From contig CALVTM010000005.1 in assembly GCA_944362615.1 (NCBI GenBank), positions 22,043 through 86,042 of the forward strand: a DNA stretch of 64,000 nt, given 5' to 3'. Position numbers and translations under genes: made by a program. Position 1 is the stretch's first letter; the number at the start of each line of letters is the position of its first letter. Source of the DNA: an uncultured Clostridia bacterium (lineage in GTDB: Bacteria; Bacillota; Clostridia; Christensenellales; Pumilibacteraceae). The notes beneath the pieces were generated by a model. That model made no database searches. It was not told the DNA's origin and saw only the letters and a program-made list of their open reading frames with translations. This document shows, in pieces, positions 46,007 through 56,150 of the stretch.

Positions 46007-47139
46007 GCAGAGAAAACGAACCGTTTGAGGAAACGGCGGGCGCGGAAGAGGACAGAGTGCTCTCCGGTACGGAAAAAGAGATACATGTGGACGCAAACGT
46101 GTCCAAGTGTCCGACGTGCGGAGCCAACCTCGTATATTCCCCTACGCTGAAAAAGCTGCACTGCGAGTATTGCGGGGGAAACGTGGATATAGATCTGACC
46201 GATTATGCCGAAGAAGTGCCGTTCGATCGCCTTACTCATACGTATGAGGATTGGAGCACGGAAACGCGTATATTCGCGTGCAGTAACTGCGGCGCGCGGA
46301 CGATAGTGTCCCGCAAGGACATAGCTCCCGTCTGCCCTTACTGCGGCGCGCATAACATCGTCGAACAAAAGGATCTTGTCGGACTTAAACCGAATGCGGT
46401 GCTCCCCTTCCTTATCGACGCAAAGACCGCCGCGGAAAAATTCAAGGCGTGGGCAAGGCGGAGATTTTTCGCTCCGCGCAAGTACAAGAAGAGCGCAAAG
46501 GCGGAAAAGATAAGAGGCAATTATTTCCCCGCATTCACGTTCGATTCTGATACATTCTCTTCGTATAACGGACGTCTGGGAAAATACTACACGGTCACTG
46601 TGCGCAGGAACGGTAAAACGTATACCGAACAGCGCATACGTTATTTCTATATCAGCGGCACTTATTCGAAATTTTTCAATGACGTGCTCATATACGCCAA
46701 CAGAAATAAGGACGAAAAGACTATGGGCAAGCTGCTGCCGTTCGCAACCGACTACGCACAGAAGTACAATGACGATTTTATATACGGTTTCGGCGCGTCC
46801 CAGTATGAAAAGGAAGGTACGGAATGCTGGGGAGAAGCTCAGGGCAAAATGCGTGAGTACGTCAAAAACGCTATACTCGCACAGTACACCTATGATATTA
46901 TCGATTCACTTAATATCAATATGTCTTTCGGACGCGTGACGTATAAATACATGCTGCTCCCCGTGTATATCGGACACAGCAAGTACCGTAAGAAACTGTA
47001 TAACTTTTTCGTGAACGGACAGAACGGTAACGTTGCGGGCAAGACGCCCGTTTCCCCCGTCAAAGTCACGGCGCTTGTGCTGCTCGGACTGCTTGTCGTG
47101 GTCGGCATAGGTTTGCTGATATACTTTTTCGGAGATTAA
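46003..47139 (+). CDS. zinc-ribbon protein with C-terminal TM anchor (YdjG-like, tentative)
   Basis: 378 aa. Two CxxC...CxxC ribbons (CPTCGA...CEYCGG; CSNCGA...CPYCGA). Motif LLPVYIGHSKYRKKLYNFFVNGQNGNVAGKTP, then a TM helix. The start overlaps the upstream stop (ATGA). Confidence 0.7.
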   Translation: MSRENEPFEETAGAEEDRVLSGTEKEIHVDANVSKCPTCGANLVYSPTLKKLHCEYCGGNVDIDLTDYAEEVPFDRLTHTYEDWSTETRIFACSNCGARTIVSRKDIAPVCPYCGAHNIVEQKDLVGLKPNAVLPFLIDAKTAAEKFKAWARRRFFAPRKYKKSAKAEKIRGNYFPAFTFDSDTFSSYNGRLGKYYTVTVRRNGKTYTEQRIRYFYISGTYSKFFNDVLIYANRNKDEKTMGKLLPFATDYAQKYNDDFIYGFGASQYEKEGTECWGEAQGKMREYVKNAILAQYTYDIIDSLNINMSFGRVTYKYMLLPVYIGHSKYRKKLYNFFVNGQNGNVAGKTPVSPVKVTALVLLGLLVVVGIGLLIYFFGD

Positions 47140-47151
47140 AGGAGGAAGATC

Positions 47152-47574
47152 ATGGAAGCTCTTATAGGAGTGATAATCGCGCTCGGCGTGATCTGCGTCG
47201 GACTGATAATCGCGCTTGCGATCGTATCCGTCAGGTTAAACGTCGCAACGCGCCGCCGCTCGTCTGCCGATGACGTGCGCATCGTGGACGGCGTGCGCTA
47301 TACCAGGTACGGCAAGGAAGAAGACGAAAACGGCGCCCCCGTCATCTCCCATCTTGAAGGGGATATCGTGCTTTCACGCGGCGTGACGTATACGGTCGGC
47401 AAGGAAAAACCCGTAATACCCGGCAAGTACGCGGTACTGTCGGCGGGAGAAAGCAATTCTTCTTTCAATATCCGCATAGGCGGTCTCGTCCGTCAGGTAC
47501 GGCACGGAGATGACATCGTTCTCGGAGAGGGCGATACGATATGTTCGGTTTCCCATACCGTCATACTCAGATAA
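47152..47574 (+). CDS. single-pass membrane protein with beta-rich C-terminal domain, unknown function
   Basis: 140 aa. N-terminal TM helix. AGGAGGAA RBS upstream. Confidence 0.55.
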   Translation: MEALIGVIIALGVICVGLIIALAIVSVRLNVATRRRSSADDVRIVDGVRYTRYGKEEDENGAPVISHLEGDIVLSRGVTYTVGKEKPVIPGKYAVLSAGESNSSFNIRIGGLVRQVRHGDDIVLGEGDTICSVSHTVILR

Positions 47575-47590
47575 TTTTCAGGAGGAAACT

Positions 47591-48022
47591 ATGAGTAAAA
47601 AACTGCTGTTCAAAGTGCTCGCCGCTTTATGCTTTATTGCGGTCGCCGTCGTGTGGCTGCTGTCCGCGGTCGGAGTGATCGAGGTCAACCTGTCCTGGCT
47701 CATAGCCGTATTCGCATTCGCCCTCGCTCTGCTCTGCATCATCTACGGGCTTATATCCAAAACGGTCGGCACGTTCAAGAAAATGTATATTCTGCTCGGA
47801 GCCGCGCTCGTCATTGCCGGTATACTCGCGCTCGTCGGTACGTTCATTGATTCCAAACTCGTGCTGCCGATAATCGCTATCGTGATAACCGTAGCCGTGC
47901 TGCTCTGCATCCTCGCCGTCGGCGGAAAGAAATGGGATCAGGGAGATAACGAAAACGTCGGTTACAAGGATTATCGCACACGCAAGAAAGAGGAAGAAGA
48001 ACAGAAGAATAAGGATAAGTAA
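47591..48022 (+). CDS. 4-TM membrane protein with charged Lys/Glu tail, unknown function
   Basis: Start set at ATG 47591 (MSKKLLFKV), preceded by AGGAGGAA. The track ORF starts at 47510. Confidence 0.6.
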   Translation: MSKKLLFKVLAALCFIAVAVVWLLSAVGVIEVNLSWLIAVFAFALALLCIIYGLISKTVGTFKKMYILLGAALVIAGILALVGTFIDSKLVLPIIAIVITVAVLLCILAVGGKKWDQGDNENVGYKDYRTRKKEEEEQKNKDK

Positions 48023-48106
48023 AAATTGGTTACTGCCGAGGATTCACACCCCCTTAAGTTGCGGCAGATCGAAAGAAACCGCACAAGCGGCATGTAACCA
48101 AAAGAC

Positions 48107-48151
48107 AAACCGCGTGCAATAATAGCACGCGGTTTAATTTTATACTTTTTT
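48107..48151 (+). terminator. Rho-independent terminator of the SPFH operon (usable on both strands)
   Basis: 11-bp stem AAACCGCGTGC/GCACGCGGTTT with a 7-nt loop, then AATTTTATACTTTTTT. Confidence 0.75.
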
Positions 48152-48343
48152 ATTGATGACGTCCCACGGAGTCCGGGAACGCGGACGTTCATAAGTTAAT
48201 TTATTGTACTGCGCTGCGTTTCCGTCAGTTCCGTTTTTTAGCTTCCCCGTCCCGGCTCTGCGCCGTATTAAACCCGTTTGACCTCTTTTTCCGGCGCAAA
48301 AAACGCCCGTTGCAAAACTTATCGGCGTGTGCGCATTATACAT
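48140..48343 (-). CDS. possible small basic protein (67 aa), unknown
   Basis: GGAGAGG lies 5 nt upstream of the ATG, and the hairpin at 48107-48135 lies just downstream. No recognisable motif. Coding status is uncertain. Confidence 0.25.
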   Translation of the reverse strand: MYNAHTPISFATGVFCAGKRGQTGLIRRRAGTGKLKNGTDGNAAQYNKLTYERPRSRTPWDVINKKV

Positions 48344-48481
48344 TCGTTCCTCTCCGTTTCAGCCTGTCCGGCGGTGCGCCGCTGAGCCGCTCCTCTTCTT
48401 CATAGCATAAGAGCGGCGCATTTTCCGGAGAGCATAGAGCGCGGAAAAGTTTATCGCGCCCCGATACCGGAGCTGCCGGAC

Positions 48482-48515
48482 ATAAAAAAACGGAGCGCTG
48501 GATTTGCGCTCCGTT
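48482..48515 (-). terminator. Rho-independent terminator after tuf
   Basis: 10-bp stem AACGGAGCGC/GCGCTCCGTT. On the minus strand it is followed by a T-run. Confidence 0.85.
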
Positions 48516-48536
48516 TCTTTATCGTTTGAAAGTTGA

Positions 48537-49736
48537 TTATTTGGTGATCTTGGAAACGACACCGGAACCGATCGTACGGCCGCCTTCACGGATAGCGAAG
48601 CGGAGCTTCTCTTCCATTGCAACGGGTGCGATAAGCTGAACTTTGATCGTTACGTTATCGCCGGGCATTGCCATTTCTCTGCCGTCAGCGAATTCGATAG
48701 TACCGGTAACGTCGGTAGTTCTGAAGTAGAACTGAGGACGGTAACCCTTGAAGAAAGGAGTCTTACGGCCACCCTCGTCTGCTTTAAGAACGTAGATCTG
48801 ACCTTCGAACTCGGTGTGAGGGGTAACGGACTTCGGCTTAGCGAGGACCTGTCCTCTCTCGATGTCCTTACGCTCGATACCACGAAGAAGGATACCTGCG
48901 TTATCGCCCGCCTGAGCGAAGTCAAGGGACTTACGGAACATTTCGATACCGGTAACGACCGAAGTAGTCGTGGGCTTAAGTCCTACGATCTCAACGGGTT
49001 CCTGGATCTTTATCGTACCACGCTCAACTCTACCGGTTGCAACGGTACCACGACCGGTGATCGTGAATACGTCCTCGACAGGCATAAGGAAAGGCTTGTC
49101 GAAATCGTGCTGAGGGGTGGGTATATATTCGTCGATAGCATCCATAAGCTCGAAGATGCACTTGCATTCTTCTCCGTCTACATTACCTGCCTGAGCTGCT
49201 TCAAGAGCCTTGAGTGCGGAACCTCTGATGATAGGAGCGTCCTCGTCATAGCCGTTGGAAGCGAGAAGATCACGAAGCTCCATCTCGACAAGTTCAAGAA
49301 GCTCGGGATCGTCCATCTGATCGCACTTGTTAAGGAATACGACGATCTTGGGAACGCCGACCTGACGTGCGAGAAGGATGTGCTCTTTGGTCTGGGGCAT
49401 TGCACCGTCGGTAGCTGCGACAACAAGGATCGCGCCGTCCATCTGTGCTGCGCCCGTGATCATGTTCTTAACGTAGTCCGCGTGGCCCGGGCAGTCGACG
49501 TGAGCGTAGTGACGCTTAGCAGTCTCGTACTCGACGTGAGCGGTGTTGATCGTGATACCTCTTGCCTTCTCTTCGGGTGCCTTATCGATATCTTCATATT
49601 TCATCTTCTGAGACAAGCCCTTTGCGGCGAGAGTCATGGTGATAGCTGCGGTAAGAGTGGTCTTGCCGTGGTCTACGTGACCGATGGTACCGATGTTTAC
49701 ATGCGGCTTACTACGGTCGAATTTAGCCTTTGCCAT
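48537..49736 (-). CDS. tuf: elongation factor Tu
   Basis: 399 aa. [18 protein letters not shown]. Confidence 0.98.
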   Translation of the reverse strand: MAKAKFDRSKPHVNIGTIGHVDHGKTTLTAAITMTLAAKGLSQKMKYEDIDKAPEEKARGITINTAHVEYETAKRHYAHVDCPGHADYVKNMITGAAQMDGAILVVAATDGAMPQTKEHILLARQVGVPKIVVFLNKCDQMDDPELLELVEMELRDLLASNGYDEDAPIIRGSALKALEAAQAGNVDGEECKCIFELMDAIDEYIPTPQHDFDKPFLMPVEDVFTITGRGTVATGRVERGTIKIQEPVEIVGLKPTTTSVVTGIEMFRKSLDFAQAGDNAGILLRGIERKDIERGQVLAKPKSVTPHTEFEGQIYVLKADEGGRKTPFFKGYRPQFYFRTTDVTGTIEFADGREMAMPGDNVTIKVQLIAPVAMEEKLRFAIREGGRTIGSGVVSKITK

Positions 49737-49784
49737 ATTAGTTTTCCTCCAATGAATTTACGATTTTGAATTTGTACTCTTTAC

Positions 49785-49813
49785 ATTATATATTAAAGTT
49801 TGCGTTTTGTAAA
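49785..49813 (-). promoter_or_regulatory. candidate internal promoter for tuf in the fusA-tuf spacer
   Basis: Minus strand reads TTTACA, a 17-nt spacer, then TATAAT. It sits within a 9-bp-stem hairpin (CTCTTTACA/TGTAAAGAG). Confidence 0.5.
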
Positions 49814-49834
49814 GAGTTTTGAGTGTTTTTATTA

Positions 49835-51940
49835 TCAGTTCTTCTTAGCGCGCTCGCCGATGATCTTATCAGCTATGTTCTTCGGAACTTCACTGTAGTG
49901 ATCGAACGTCATCGTGTAGTTACCGCGACCCTGCGTGTTGGAACGAAGAGCGGTGGAGTAACCGAACATTTCGCTAAGAGGAATCTCCGCCTTGATGACC
50001 TGAGAACCGTTGTTCATTTCCATACCCATAAGGTTACCGCGACGACGGTTTACGTCGCCCTGAACGGTACCGAGGTACTCTTCGGGAATAACGATCTCTA
50101 CTCTCATGATAGGCTCGAGAATTACGGGGTTTGCCTTTGCAACGCCCTCTTTGAACGCAAGCGATCCTGCAATATGGAACGCCATTTCGGAAGAGTCGAC
50201 GTCGTGGAACGATCCGTCGTATACCGTAGCACGGAAATCCACCGTTTCGTAACCGGCAAGCACGCCGTTCATTCTCGCTTCAGCTATACCTTCATTGATA
50301 GGCTGAATGAATTCCTTGGGTATCGAACCGCCGACGGTCTTATCAACGAACTCGTAACCAGCGCCCGGCTCGAGAGGCTCGAACGTGACTTTACAATGTC
50401 CGTACTGACCTTTACCGCCCGACTGCTTGATGTACTTACCTTCTGCATCTACCGTCTTACGGAACGTCTCTCTGTACGCTACCTGAGGCTTACCTACGTT
50501 AGCCTCTACCTTGAACTCGCGGAGCATTCTGTCTACGATAATCTCAAGGTGAAGCTCGCCCATGCCGGCTATGATAGTCTGACCGGTCTCCTGGTCGGTA
50601 TAAGTCTTGAAAGTCGGGTCTTCTTCCGCCAGTTTCTGAAGCGCTATTGCCATCTTCTCCTGACCTGCTTTGGTCTTGGGCTCGATTGCAACGCGGATGA
50701 CGGGATCGGGGAATTCCATCGACTCAAGTACAATGGGATGAGCGGGATCGCAGAGCGTATCGCCCGTCGTCGTGTCCTTAAGACCGACAAACGCACATAT
50801 ATCGCCCGAGTAGATCTGCTCAACTTCGGTACGGCTGTTAGCGTGCATCATGACAATACGGCTGACACGCTCTTTCTTGTTCTTCGTCGAGTTAAGAACG
50901 TAAGAACCGGTCGTAAGCGTACCTGAATAGCAACGGAAGAACGCAAGCTTTCCGACAAACGGATCCGCCATGATCTTGAATGCAAGACCTGCAAACGGAG
51001 CATCGTCGCTCGTCTCTCTCTCCTCTACCGTCTCGCCGTCCATGAGCGTTCCCTTGATATGCGGAACGTCAAGAGGACTGGGCATGAAGTCTACAATAGC
51101 GTTGAGAAGGAGCTGTACGCCCTTGTTCTTATAAGACGATCCGCAGACTACGGGTATGATGTTCATACCGATCGTGCCCTTGCGGAGCGCCGTCTTGATC
51201 TCGTCAACGGTGAAGGATGCGCCTTCGTCTTCAAAGAATCTCTCCATCAGAGCATCGTCCTGCTCCGCTACGGCTTCAAGCATCTTTGCACGGTACTCGT
51301 TAGCCATATCCACCATGTCGGCGGGGATATCTTCGTCGCGTACGTCCTTACCGAGGTCATCGTAATATACCTCTGCGCGCATCGTCACAAGATCGACCAC
51401 GCCCTTGAACGTCTCTTCCTTACCGATGGGAAGCTGAATGGGTACGGGGTTCGCGCCCAGACGCTCCTTGATCATACGAACGACGTTGAAGAAGTTGGCG
51501 CCGTTGATATCCATCTTGTTTACATACGCCATACGGGGAACGCCGTATTTCGTCGCCTGGCGCCATACGGTCTCTGACTGCGGCTCAACACCGCCCTTTG
51601 CGCAGAATACCGCTACAGCGCCGTCGAGAACCTTGAGCGAACGCTCAACCTCAACGGTAAAGTCAACGTGTCCCGGGGTATCGATGATATTGATACGCGT
51701 CATCGGGCTGGTAGGCGTCTTCCAGAAAGTAGTAGTTGCAGCCGAGGTTATCGTTATACCTCTCTCCTGCTCCTGCTCCATCCAGTCCATCGTCGCCGCA
51801 CCCTCGTGAGTTTCGCCTATCTTATGCACCTTACCGGTGTAGAAAAGGATACGCTCAGTCGTAGTGGTCTTGCCGGCGTCGATGTGAGCCATGATACCGA
51901 TGTTACGCGTGTTTTCGAGTGAATATTCTCTTTTTGCCAT
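49835..51940 (-). CDS. fusA: elongation factor G
   Basis: 701 aa. [14 protein letters not shown], full five-domain length. Confidence 0.98.
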   Translation of the reverse strand: MAKREYSLENTRNIGIMAHIDAGKTTTTERILFYTGKVHKIGETHEGAATMDWMEQEQERGITITSAATTTFWKTPTSPMTRINIIDTPGHVDFTVEVERSLKVLDGAVAVFCAKGGVEPQSETVWRQATKYGVPRMAYVNKMDINGANFFNVVRMIKERLGANPVPIQLPIGKEETFKGVVDLVTMRAEVYYDDLGKDVRDEDIPADMVDMANEYRAKMLEAVAEQDDALMERFFEDEGASFTVDEIKTALRKGTIGMNIIPVVCGSSYKNKGVQLLLNAIVDFMPSPLDVPHIKGTLMDGETVEERETSDDAPFAGLAFKIMADPFVGKLAFFRCYSGTLTTGSYVLNSTKNKKERVSRIVMMHANSRTEVEQIYSGDICAFVGLKDTTTGDTLCDPAHPIVLESMEFPDPVIRVAIEPKTKAGQEKMAIALQKLAEEDPTFKTYTDQETGQTIIAGMGELHLEIIVDRMLREFKVEANVGKPQVAYRETFRKTVDAEGKYIKQSGGKGQYGHCKVTFEPLEPGAGYEFVDKTVGGSIPKEFIQPINEGIAEARMNGVLAGYETVDFRATVYDGSFHDVDSSEMAFHIAGSLAFKEGVAKANPVILEPIMRVEIVIPEEYLGTVQGDVNRRRGNLMGMEMNNGSQVIKAEIPLSEMFGYSTALRSNTQGRGNYTMTFDHYSEVPKNIADKIIGERAKKN

Positions 51941-51985
51941 ATTTTCTCCTCGCGCAAGCCGCTATCGGCTATGCGCCTCGTCGTA

Positions 51986-52456
51986 TCACCAGCGGAAGTG
52001 AGCGAACGCCTTGTTCGCTTCCGCCATTCTGTGCATTTCTTCCTTACGCTTGACAGATGCACCGGTGGAGTTGTATGCGTCCATAAGCTCGGCTGCAAGA
52101 CGCTCTTTCATCGTCTTCTCTCCGCGCTTGCGGGAGAAAAGCACGAGCCAGCGTATGCCGAGTGTCTGACGACGCTCTGCGCGGATCTCCATGGGTACCT
52201 GATAGGTGGAGCCGCCCACTCTGCGTGCCTTTACCTCAAGCTGAGGCATTACGTTTTCAAGAGCCTTCGTGAATACGTCCATGGGCTCTGAACCCGTCTT
52301 TTCCTTAATTATATCGAAAGCATCGTATACAATCTTCTGCGCGATGCCTTTCTTGCCGTCCAGCATCACCTGATTGGTGAGCTTGGTCACGACCTTACTG
52401 CCGTAAATAGGATCCGGAAGCACGTCACGCTTCGGGACTCCGCTTCTTCTGGGCAT
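51986..52456 (-). CDS. rpsG: 30S ribosomal protein S7
   Basis: 156 aa with a typical S7 sequence. Confidence 0.98.
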   Translation of the reverse strand: MPRRSGVPKRDVLPDPIYGSKVVTKLTNQVMLDGKKGIAQKIVYDAFDIIKEKTGSEPMDVFTKALENVMPQLEVKARRVGGSTYQVPMEIRAERRQTLGIRWLVLFSRKRGEKTMKERLAAELMDAYNSTGASVKRKEEMHRMAEANKAFAHFRW

Positions 52457-52502
52457 AAAAGTGATCTCCTTTTGATTAGATTTTTTTAGTCACGCAAAAG
52501 AC

Positions 52503-52874
52503 TTATTTGGGTTTCTTTGCGCCGTACTTCGAGCGGGCTTGCATGCGCTTTGCGACACCGTTGGTGTCGAGGGCACCACGAATAATGTGATACCTTACGC
52601 CGGGCAAATCCTTCACTCTGCCGCCACGAACGAGCACGACACTGTGTTCCTGCAAGTTGTGCCCCACACCGGGGATATAAACCGTACCTTCCATCTTGTT
52701 TACAAGACGGACACGCGCGATCTTACGAAGCGCCGAGTTGGGCTTCTTGGGAGTTGCCGTCTTTACCGACAGGCATACGCCGCGCTTCTGAGGGTTGCGC
52801 TCGAGAAGAGGAGAAATGGATTTCTTTACGCTCGTCTCACGACCCTTTCTGATAAGCTGGTTGATAGTGGGCAT
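52503..52874 (-). CDS. rpsL: 30S ribosomal protein S12
   Basis: 123 aa. PTINQLIR and [10 protein letters not shown]. Confidence 0.98.
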   Translation of the reverse strand: MPTINQLIRKGRETSVKKSISPLLERNPQKRGVCLSVKTATPKKPNSALRKIARVRLVNKMEGTVYIPGVGHNLQEHSVVLVRGGRVKDLPGVRYHIIRGALDTNGVAKRMQARSKYGAKKPK

Positions 52875-52971
52875 GTTACTCTACCTCCTTTTTAGCAGTA
52901 TTGCCGTCCGCTCTTTGAAAATCTTTCAAAAGCCAGGACTATAAACCCGCGCTTAAACCGCAGGCTAAAAT

Positions 52972-53000
52972 ATTATACGATACAGTTCGGCGATTGTCAA
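52972..53000 (-). promoter_or_regulatory. consensus SigA promoter of the rpsL-rpsG-fusA-tuf operon
   Basis: Minus strand reads TTGACA (52995-53000), a 17-nt spacer, then TATAAT (52972-77). Confidence 0.75.
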
Positions 53001-53168
53001 ATATTTTTAGCAGATTAAGTGAAATTTATACGCCCGTTACCTTTTCTGTCCGCTTCAGCCGTTCCCTTAACGCGCATAACGCTTACCTTAACACCGTTCC
53101 GGCGATTTCCTGCAAGCTTTCCGCCAGCAGTTTGCACCTTTAATTCCGCACTTCCGCACCAATACCGC

Positions 53169-53197
53169 TTGACCTGCCGTGCGCACGCGTATATAAT
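53169..53197 (+). promoter_or_regulatory. promoter of the acetyltransferase gene
   Basis: TTGACC, a 17-nt spacer, then TATAAT. AAGGAGGAA RBS before ATG 53295. Confidence 0.55.
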
Positions 53198-53294
53198 ATA
53201 TGTATAACTATAATATATGTTTAGGGCGGCACCTTCCAAAAGCACACATGCAACGGAGATACCTTCTCATCATCAGTAATCAAGGAGGAAGATC

Positions 53295-53873
53295 ATGACG
53301 GAAAAAGAAAAAATGATAGCCGGTCAGATGTATGACCCGAACTGCGAGGAGCTTATGACTGCCCGCACGCTTGCCCACGACCTCTGCACGGAGTACAACG
53401 CACTCAGCGAATCGGACGCCGAACGCCGGCAGGAAGTGCTCCGCCGTCTGCTCCCCGGACTGGGTAAAGACAGCTATCTGCAAGGTCCGTTCTACTGCGA
53501 TTACGGCTTCAACATAAAGACGGGCGCACGCTTCTTCGCAAATTTTCACTTCACGGTGCTGGACTGCGCTCCCGTCACTATAGGAGACGACGTTATGTGC
53601 GGTCCGAATGTATCGCTGTACGCCGCGCTCCATCCGCTCGACTATAAACAGCGCAATTTCCGCTACCGTGATGACGGTTCGCTTTATGACCTCGAATATG
53701 CAAAACCTATCGTCATCGAAAATAACTGCTGGCTTGCGGGCGGAGTTACCGTACTGCCCGGAGTCACTATCGGAGAGGGCTCCGTCATAGGCGCCGGCTC
53801 CGTCGTTACCAGGGACATTCCTCCGCACTCCCTCGCCGTCGGCAATCCCTGCCGCGTTATCAAAAAACTTTAA
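53295..53873 (+). CDS. maltose/galactoside O-acetyltransferase-like hexapeptide-repeat acetyltransferase
   Basis: 192 aa. Maa/LacA-type N-terminus ([13 protein letters not shown]) and left-handed beta-helix hexapeptide repeats. Confidence 0.85.
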   Translation: MTEKEKMIAGQMYDPNCEELMTARTLAHDLCTEYNALSESDAERRQEVLRRLLPGLGKDSYLQGPFYCDYGFNIKTGARFFANFHFTVLDCAPVTIGDDVMCGPNVSLYAALHPLDYKQRNFRYRDDGSLYDLEYAKPIVIENNCWLAGGVTVLPGVTIGEGSVIGAGSVVTRDIPPHSLAVGNPCRVIKKL

Positions 53874-53912
53874 GCCGATTCGCGCTACTGCCGCACGATC
53901 GCCAAAAATACA

Positions 53913-53957
53913 GCGCCTTCTGCCGAAAATCGGCAGAAGGCGCTTCTTTCCTTTTTC
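53913..53957 (+). terminator. Rho-independent terminator after the acetyltransferase gene
   Basis: 13-bp stem GCGCCTTCTGCCG/CGGCAGAAGGCGC with loop AAAAT, followed by TTCTTTCCTTTTT. Confidence 0.85.
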
Positions 53958-54060
53958 GCAGTCAAGGCGTGCTCGGCTTTATGCCGCTTAAAGCGCCGGG
54001 CAGCAGAGCTTTCACTTATCACCACAGCGGAGCCGGTTTATTCGCGGTCAGCGTCTGCCG

Positions 54061-55011
54061 CTAATCACAGAGAATATCGCCGCCGAGCGAAAGCCGCAGG
54101 TCAAGCCCCAGTCTCAGCCGAGTAAGCGCAGAAGCCGGGGTCATGCGCGGGAGTACGGTTATGCCGAGACCGGACAGCGCTTCCGCACTCTCATACAAGA
54201 CAGACGGCGAAGAGCATACCGCGTACAGCTTTACGCCGCGCTCCAGACAGTGCCTGCAATAGTCCGCAAAATCCGCACGCGCAGTCGGAAGAGTCCCCGA
54301 ATGAAAAGAGATGAACGCGACAGCACGCTTTCCGTCGGGGGACGGCAGAGCGCATGAGGGTACGGGCAGTACGGGCAGTACGTCCGACGGGAGCGCAAGC
54401 GCAGATATATCGGCAGGCGGAAGCTCGTCCGGGCGTTCCGAGTAATCCGGACACGGCAAAACGGCATTTCCGGTAACGTATGCAAACGGCGCGCCGAGCG
54501 TAAACCGCTCGCCCGAGTACGGCAGATACGGCAACAGTCTTGAGGCACGGCTCACGGTCACCCTCTCACCGGATGCGAAACACGCGAACACACCGCGCAT
54601 GTCTGACGCCGCAACGGCGGCGCATGCCGCAAGACACACCGGAGCATCAGAGTGCGGATGTGACGGAGGAAGCACCGCGGAAGCAAGCACGACAGGCGGA
54701 CAGGACAGCCCGAAAGCGTACGACAGCGCCGCCGCCGTGTACTCAAGCGTGTCCGTACCGTGAGTCAATATAACTCCGTCCGACTTCTCAAGCGCGTCCA
54801 TTGCCGCGCGTACGATACGCACTGTTCCCCCGCCCGTCATATTTTCGCTGAGCTTGTTCATAAGCGGGATAAAACGGTACTCCGCATCGGGCGCACCCTG
54901 CCCCGTCGCCGTCGTCAGCAAACCGCTTATATCCGCGGTGGGCCGGAGCGCTCCGCGGCTCAGCTCACTGCCTATGGTTCCACCTGTGGTTATTATCGTT
55001 ATGCGTTTCAT
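54061..55011 (-). CDS. L-asparaginase-family protein
   Basis: TTGGTIGS and HGTDTLEYTA motifs. I trimmed the start to MKRITI. The track ORF starts at 55032. Confidence 0.75.
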   Translation of the reverse strand: MKRITIITTGGTIGSELSRGALRPTADISGLLTTATGQGAPDAEYRFIPLMNKLSENMTGGGTVRIVRAAMDALEKSDGVILTHGTDTLEYTAAALSYAFGLSCPPVVLASAVLPPSHPHSDAPVCLAACAAVAASDMRGVFACFASGERVTVSRASRLLPYLPYSGERFTLGAPFAYVTGNAVLPCPDYSERPDELPPADISALALPSDVLPVLPVPSCALPSPDGKRAVAFISFHSGTLPTARADFADYCRHCLERGVKLYAVCSSPSVLYESAEALSGLGITVLPRMTPASALTRLRLGLDLRLSLGGDILCD

Positions 55012-55121
55012 GATATACCCATATTCTATCATGAATGTTTTCTGTCCGCAACGAATTTTTATCCGAAAATCAACGAGAAAAACGTATTAAATTTTTTCAC
55101 ACCGGACATAATCGGTGATAT

Positions 55122-55802
55122 ATGAAAACGCAGTACAGGGAAGTTATTTATCTGATCGGAGACAGTGAGGAAAAGCGCAAAGCACTCAGGAGCGAACAGC
55201 CCGGAGTCGCACGCGCGCATAACGACGAAGTCGTGGATATCTGCCGCATGGAAGGACGGGATTATTACGTCATAGGCACACACCCTTTCGGCGGCTTTAC
55301 GGTCGGGCAGTACGTCAGGTACGAACGATCGCTGCTCGGCAGCTCCCCGGCGGAAAATAAAGAGATCAAAAGGACACTGTCCAGACTGGGCGCACGCATA
55401 AGTCTTAATAAACGCATTAAAAGTCTGGATTTTCTCGATCGCCGCCTCGCTACGCTCGCCGGACGTATAACCCCGGAGACCCGCACGCTCGCTATCGATC
55501 TTGACGGCGTTCCGTACTCGCGACACCTGAAATCCAAACTGCACCGCGTCACTCGCCGCCTCAGCCGGTGGTTCGAAGTGTGGGTGTCCGTTACCGATTC
55601 ACGGTTTGCCGGTAACCGCGCGGCTATCGCGGAAATGCGTAAGGGCAGCCTCATCGCCCTCAGCCGCAATACCTTCCGCTCAAGACCGCTCTCCAGACGT
55701 ATCCTGCTCGCCCGACTGCGCCGCTGCTTCACTCAGCCTGCCGAACCACTCGAAAAAGGAAAAATAATTGAAGTAAGACGGGACATAAGTATGTTGCGCT
55801 GA
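55122..55802 (+). CDS. orphan degenerate ABC-ATPase-like protein
   Basis: 226 aa. Its layout resembles an ABC nucleotide-binding domain, but the Walker A (YLIGDSEEKRKAL), signature (KSLDFLDRR) and Walker B (LAIDLDG) positions are all degenerate. No strong RBS. Confidence 0.45.
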   Translation: MKTQYREVIYLIGDSEEKRKALRSEQPGVARAHNDEVVDICRMEGRDYYVIGTHPFGGFTVGQYVRYERSLLGSSPAENKEIKRTLSRLGARISLNKRIKSLDFLDRRLATLAGRITPETRTLAIDLDGVPYSRHLKSKLHRVTRRLSRWFEVWVSVTDSRFAGNRAAIAEMRKGSLIALSRNTFRSRPLSRRILLARLRRCFTQPAEPLEKGKIIEVRRDISMLR

Positions 55803-56150
55803 GTTTTACCGCTTAAAATGAGGGGCGTGACAACGCCCGACCGTATAAACGAGCTGTGTATGCAACGGGCTTAAGCTCTATGCAGTTACTTATTTCCCCT
55901 CATTTTTACGCTGACTCAGCGCTTCCATCCAGACGCAAACTCGGTCATCTTTTCGGCTACAATTTCCGTTTTCGGGTACGCCGCGGGGCGGTATGTTGCG
56001 CTGAGTTTAACCGCAAAAAATTTTACCACAGAGTGAAATCCGTAAACTGGATTCACTCTGTTATTTTTTGCTGACTCAGCGCTTCCATCCAGACGCAAAT
56101 TCGGTCATCTTTCCGGCTATAATTTCCGTTTTCGGGTACGCCGCGGGGTC
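55789..56150 (+). repeat. two tandem cassette-like units (202 bp and 160 bp) with conserved flanks and different central hairpins
   Basis: The left flank GTATGTTGCGCTGAGTTT(T/A)ACCGC occurs at 55789 and 55991. A 79-bp right block lies at 55910-55988 and 56070-56148 with 3 substitutions. GCGCTGAGT and ACTCAGCGC form a closing stem around each central hairpin. Confidence 0.85.
56015..56069. terminator. bidirectional terminator-like hairpin inside repeat unit 2
   Basis: An A6 run, then stem CAGAGTGA(A)ATCC/GGATTCACTCTG, then TTATTTTTT. Confidence 0.6.

Noticed and set aside
55910-56148. The 79-bp repeat pair as a diversity-generating retroelement template/variable repeat pair.
   Set aside because: There are only three differences. 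All are transitions going in both directions (C/T, T/C, C/T), not adenine-specific. No reverse transcriptase or target gene is nearby.
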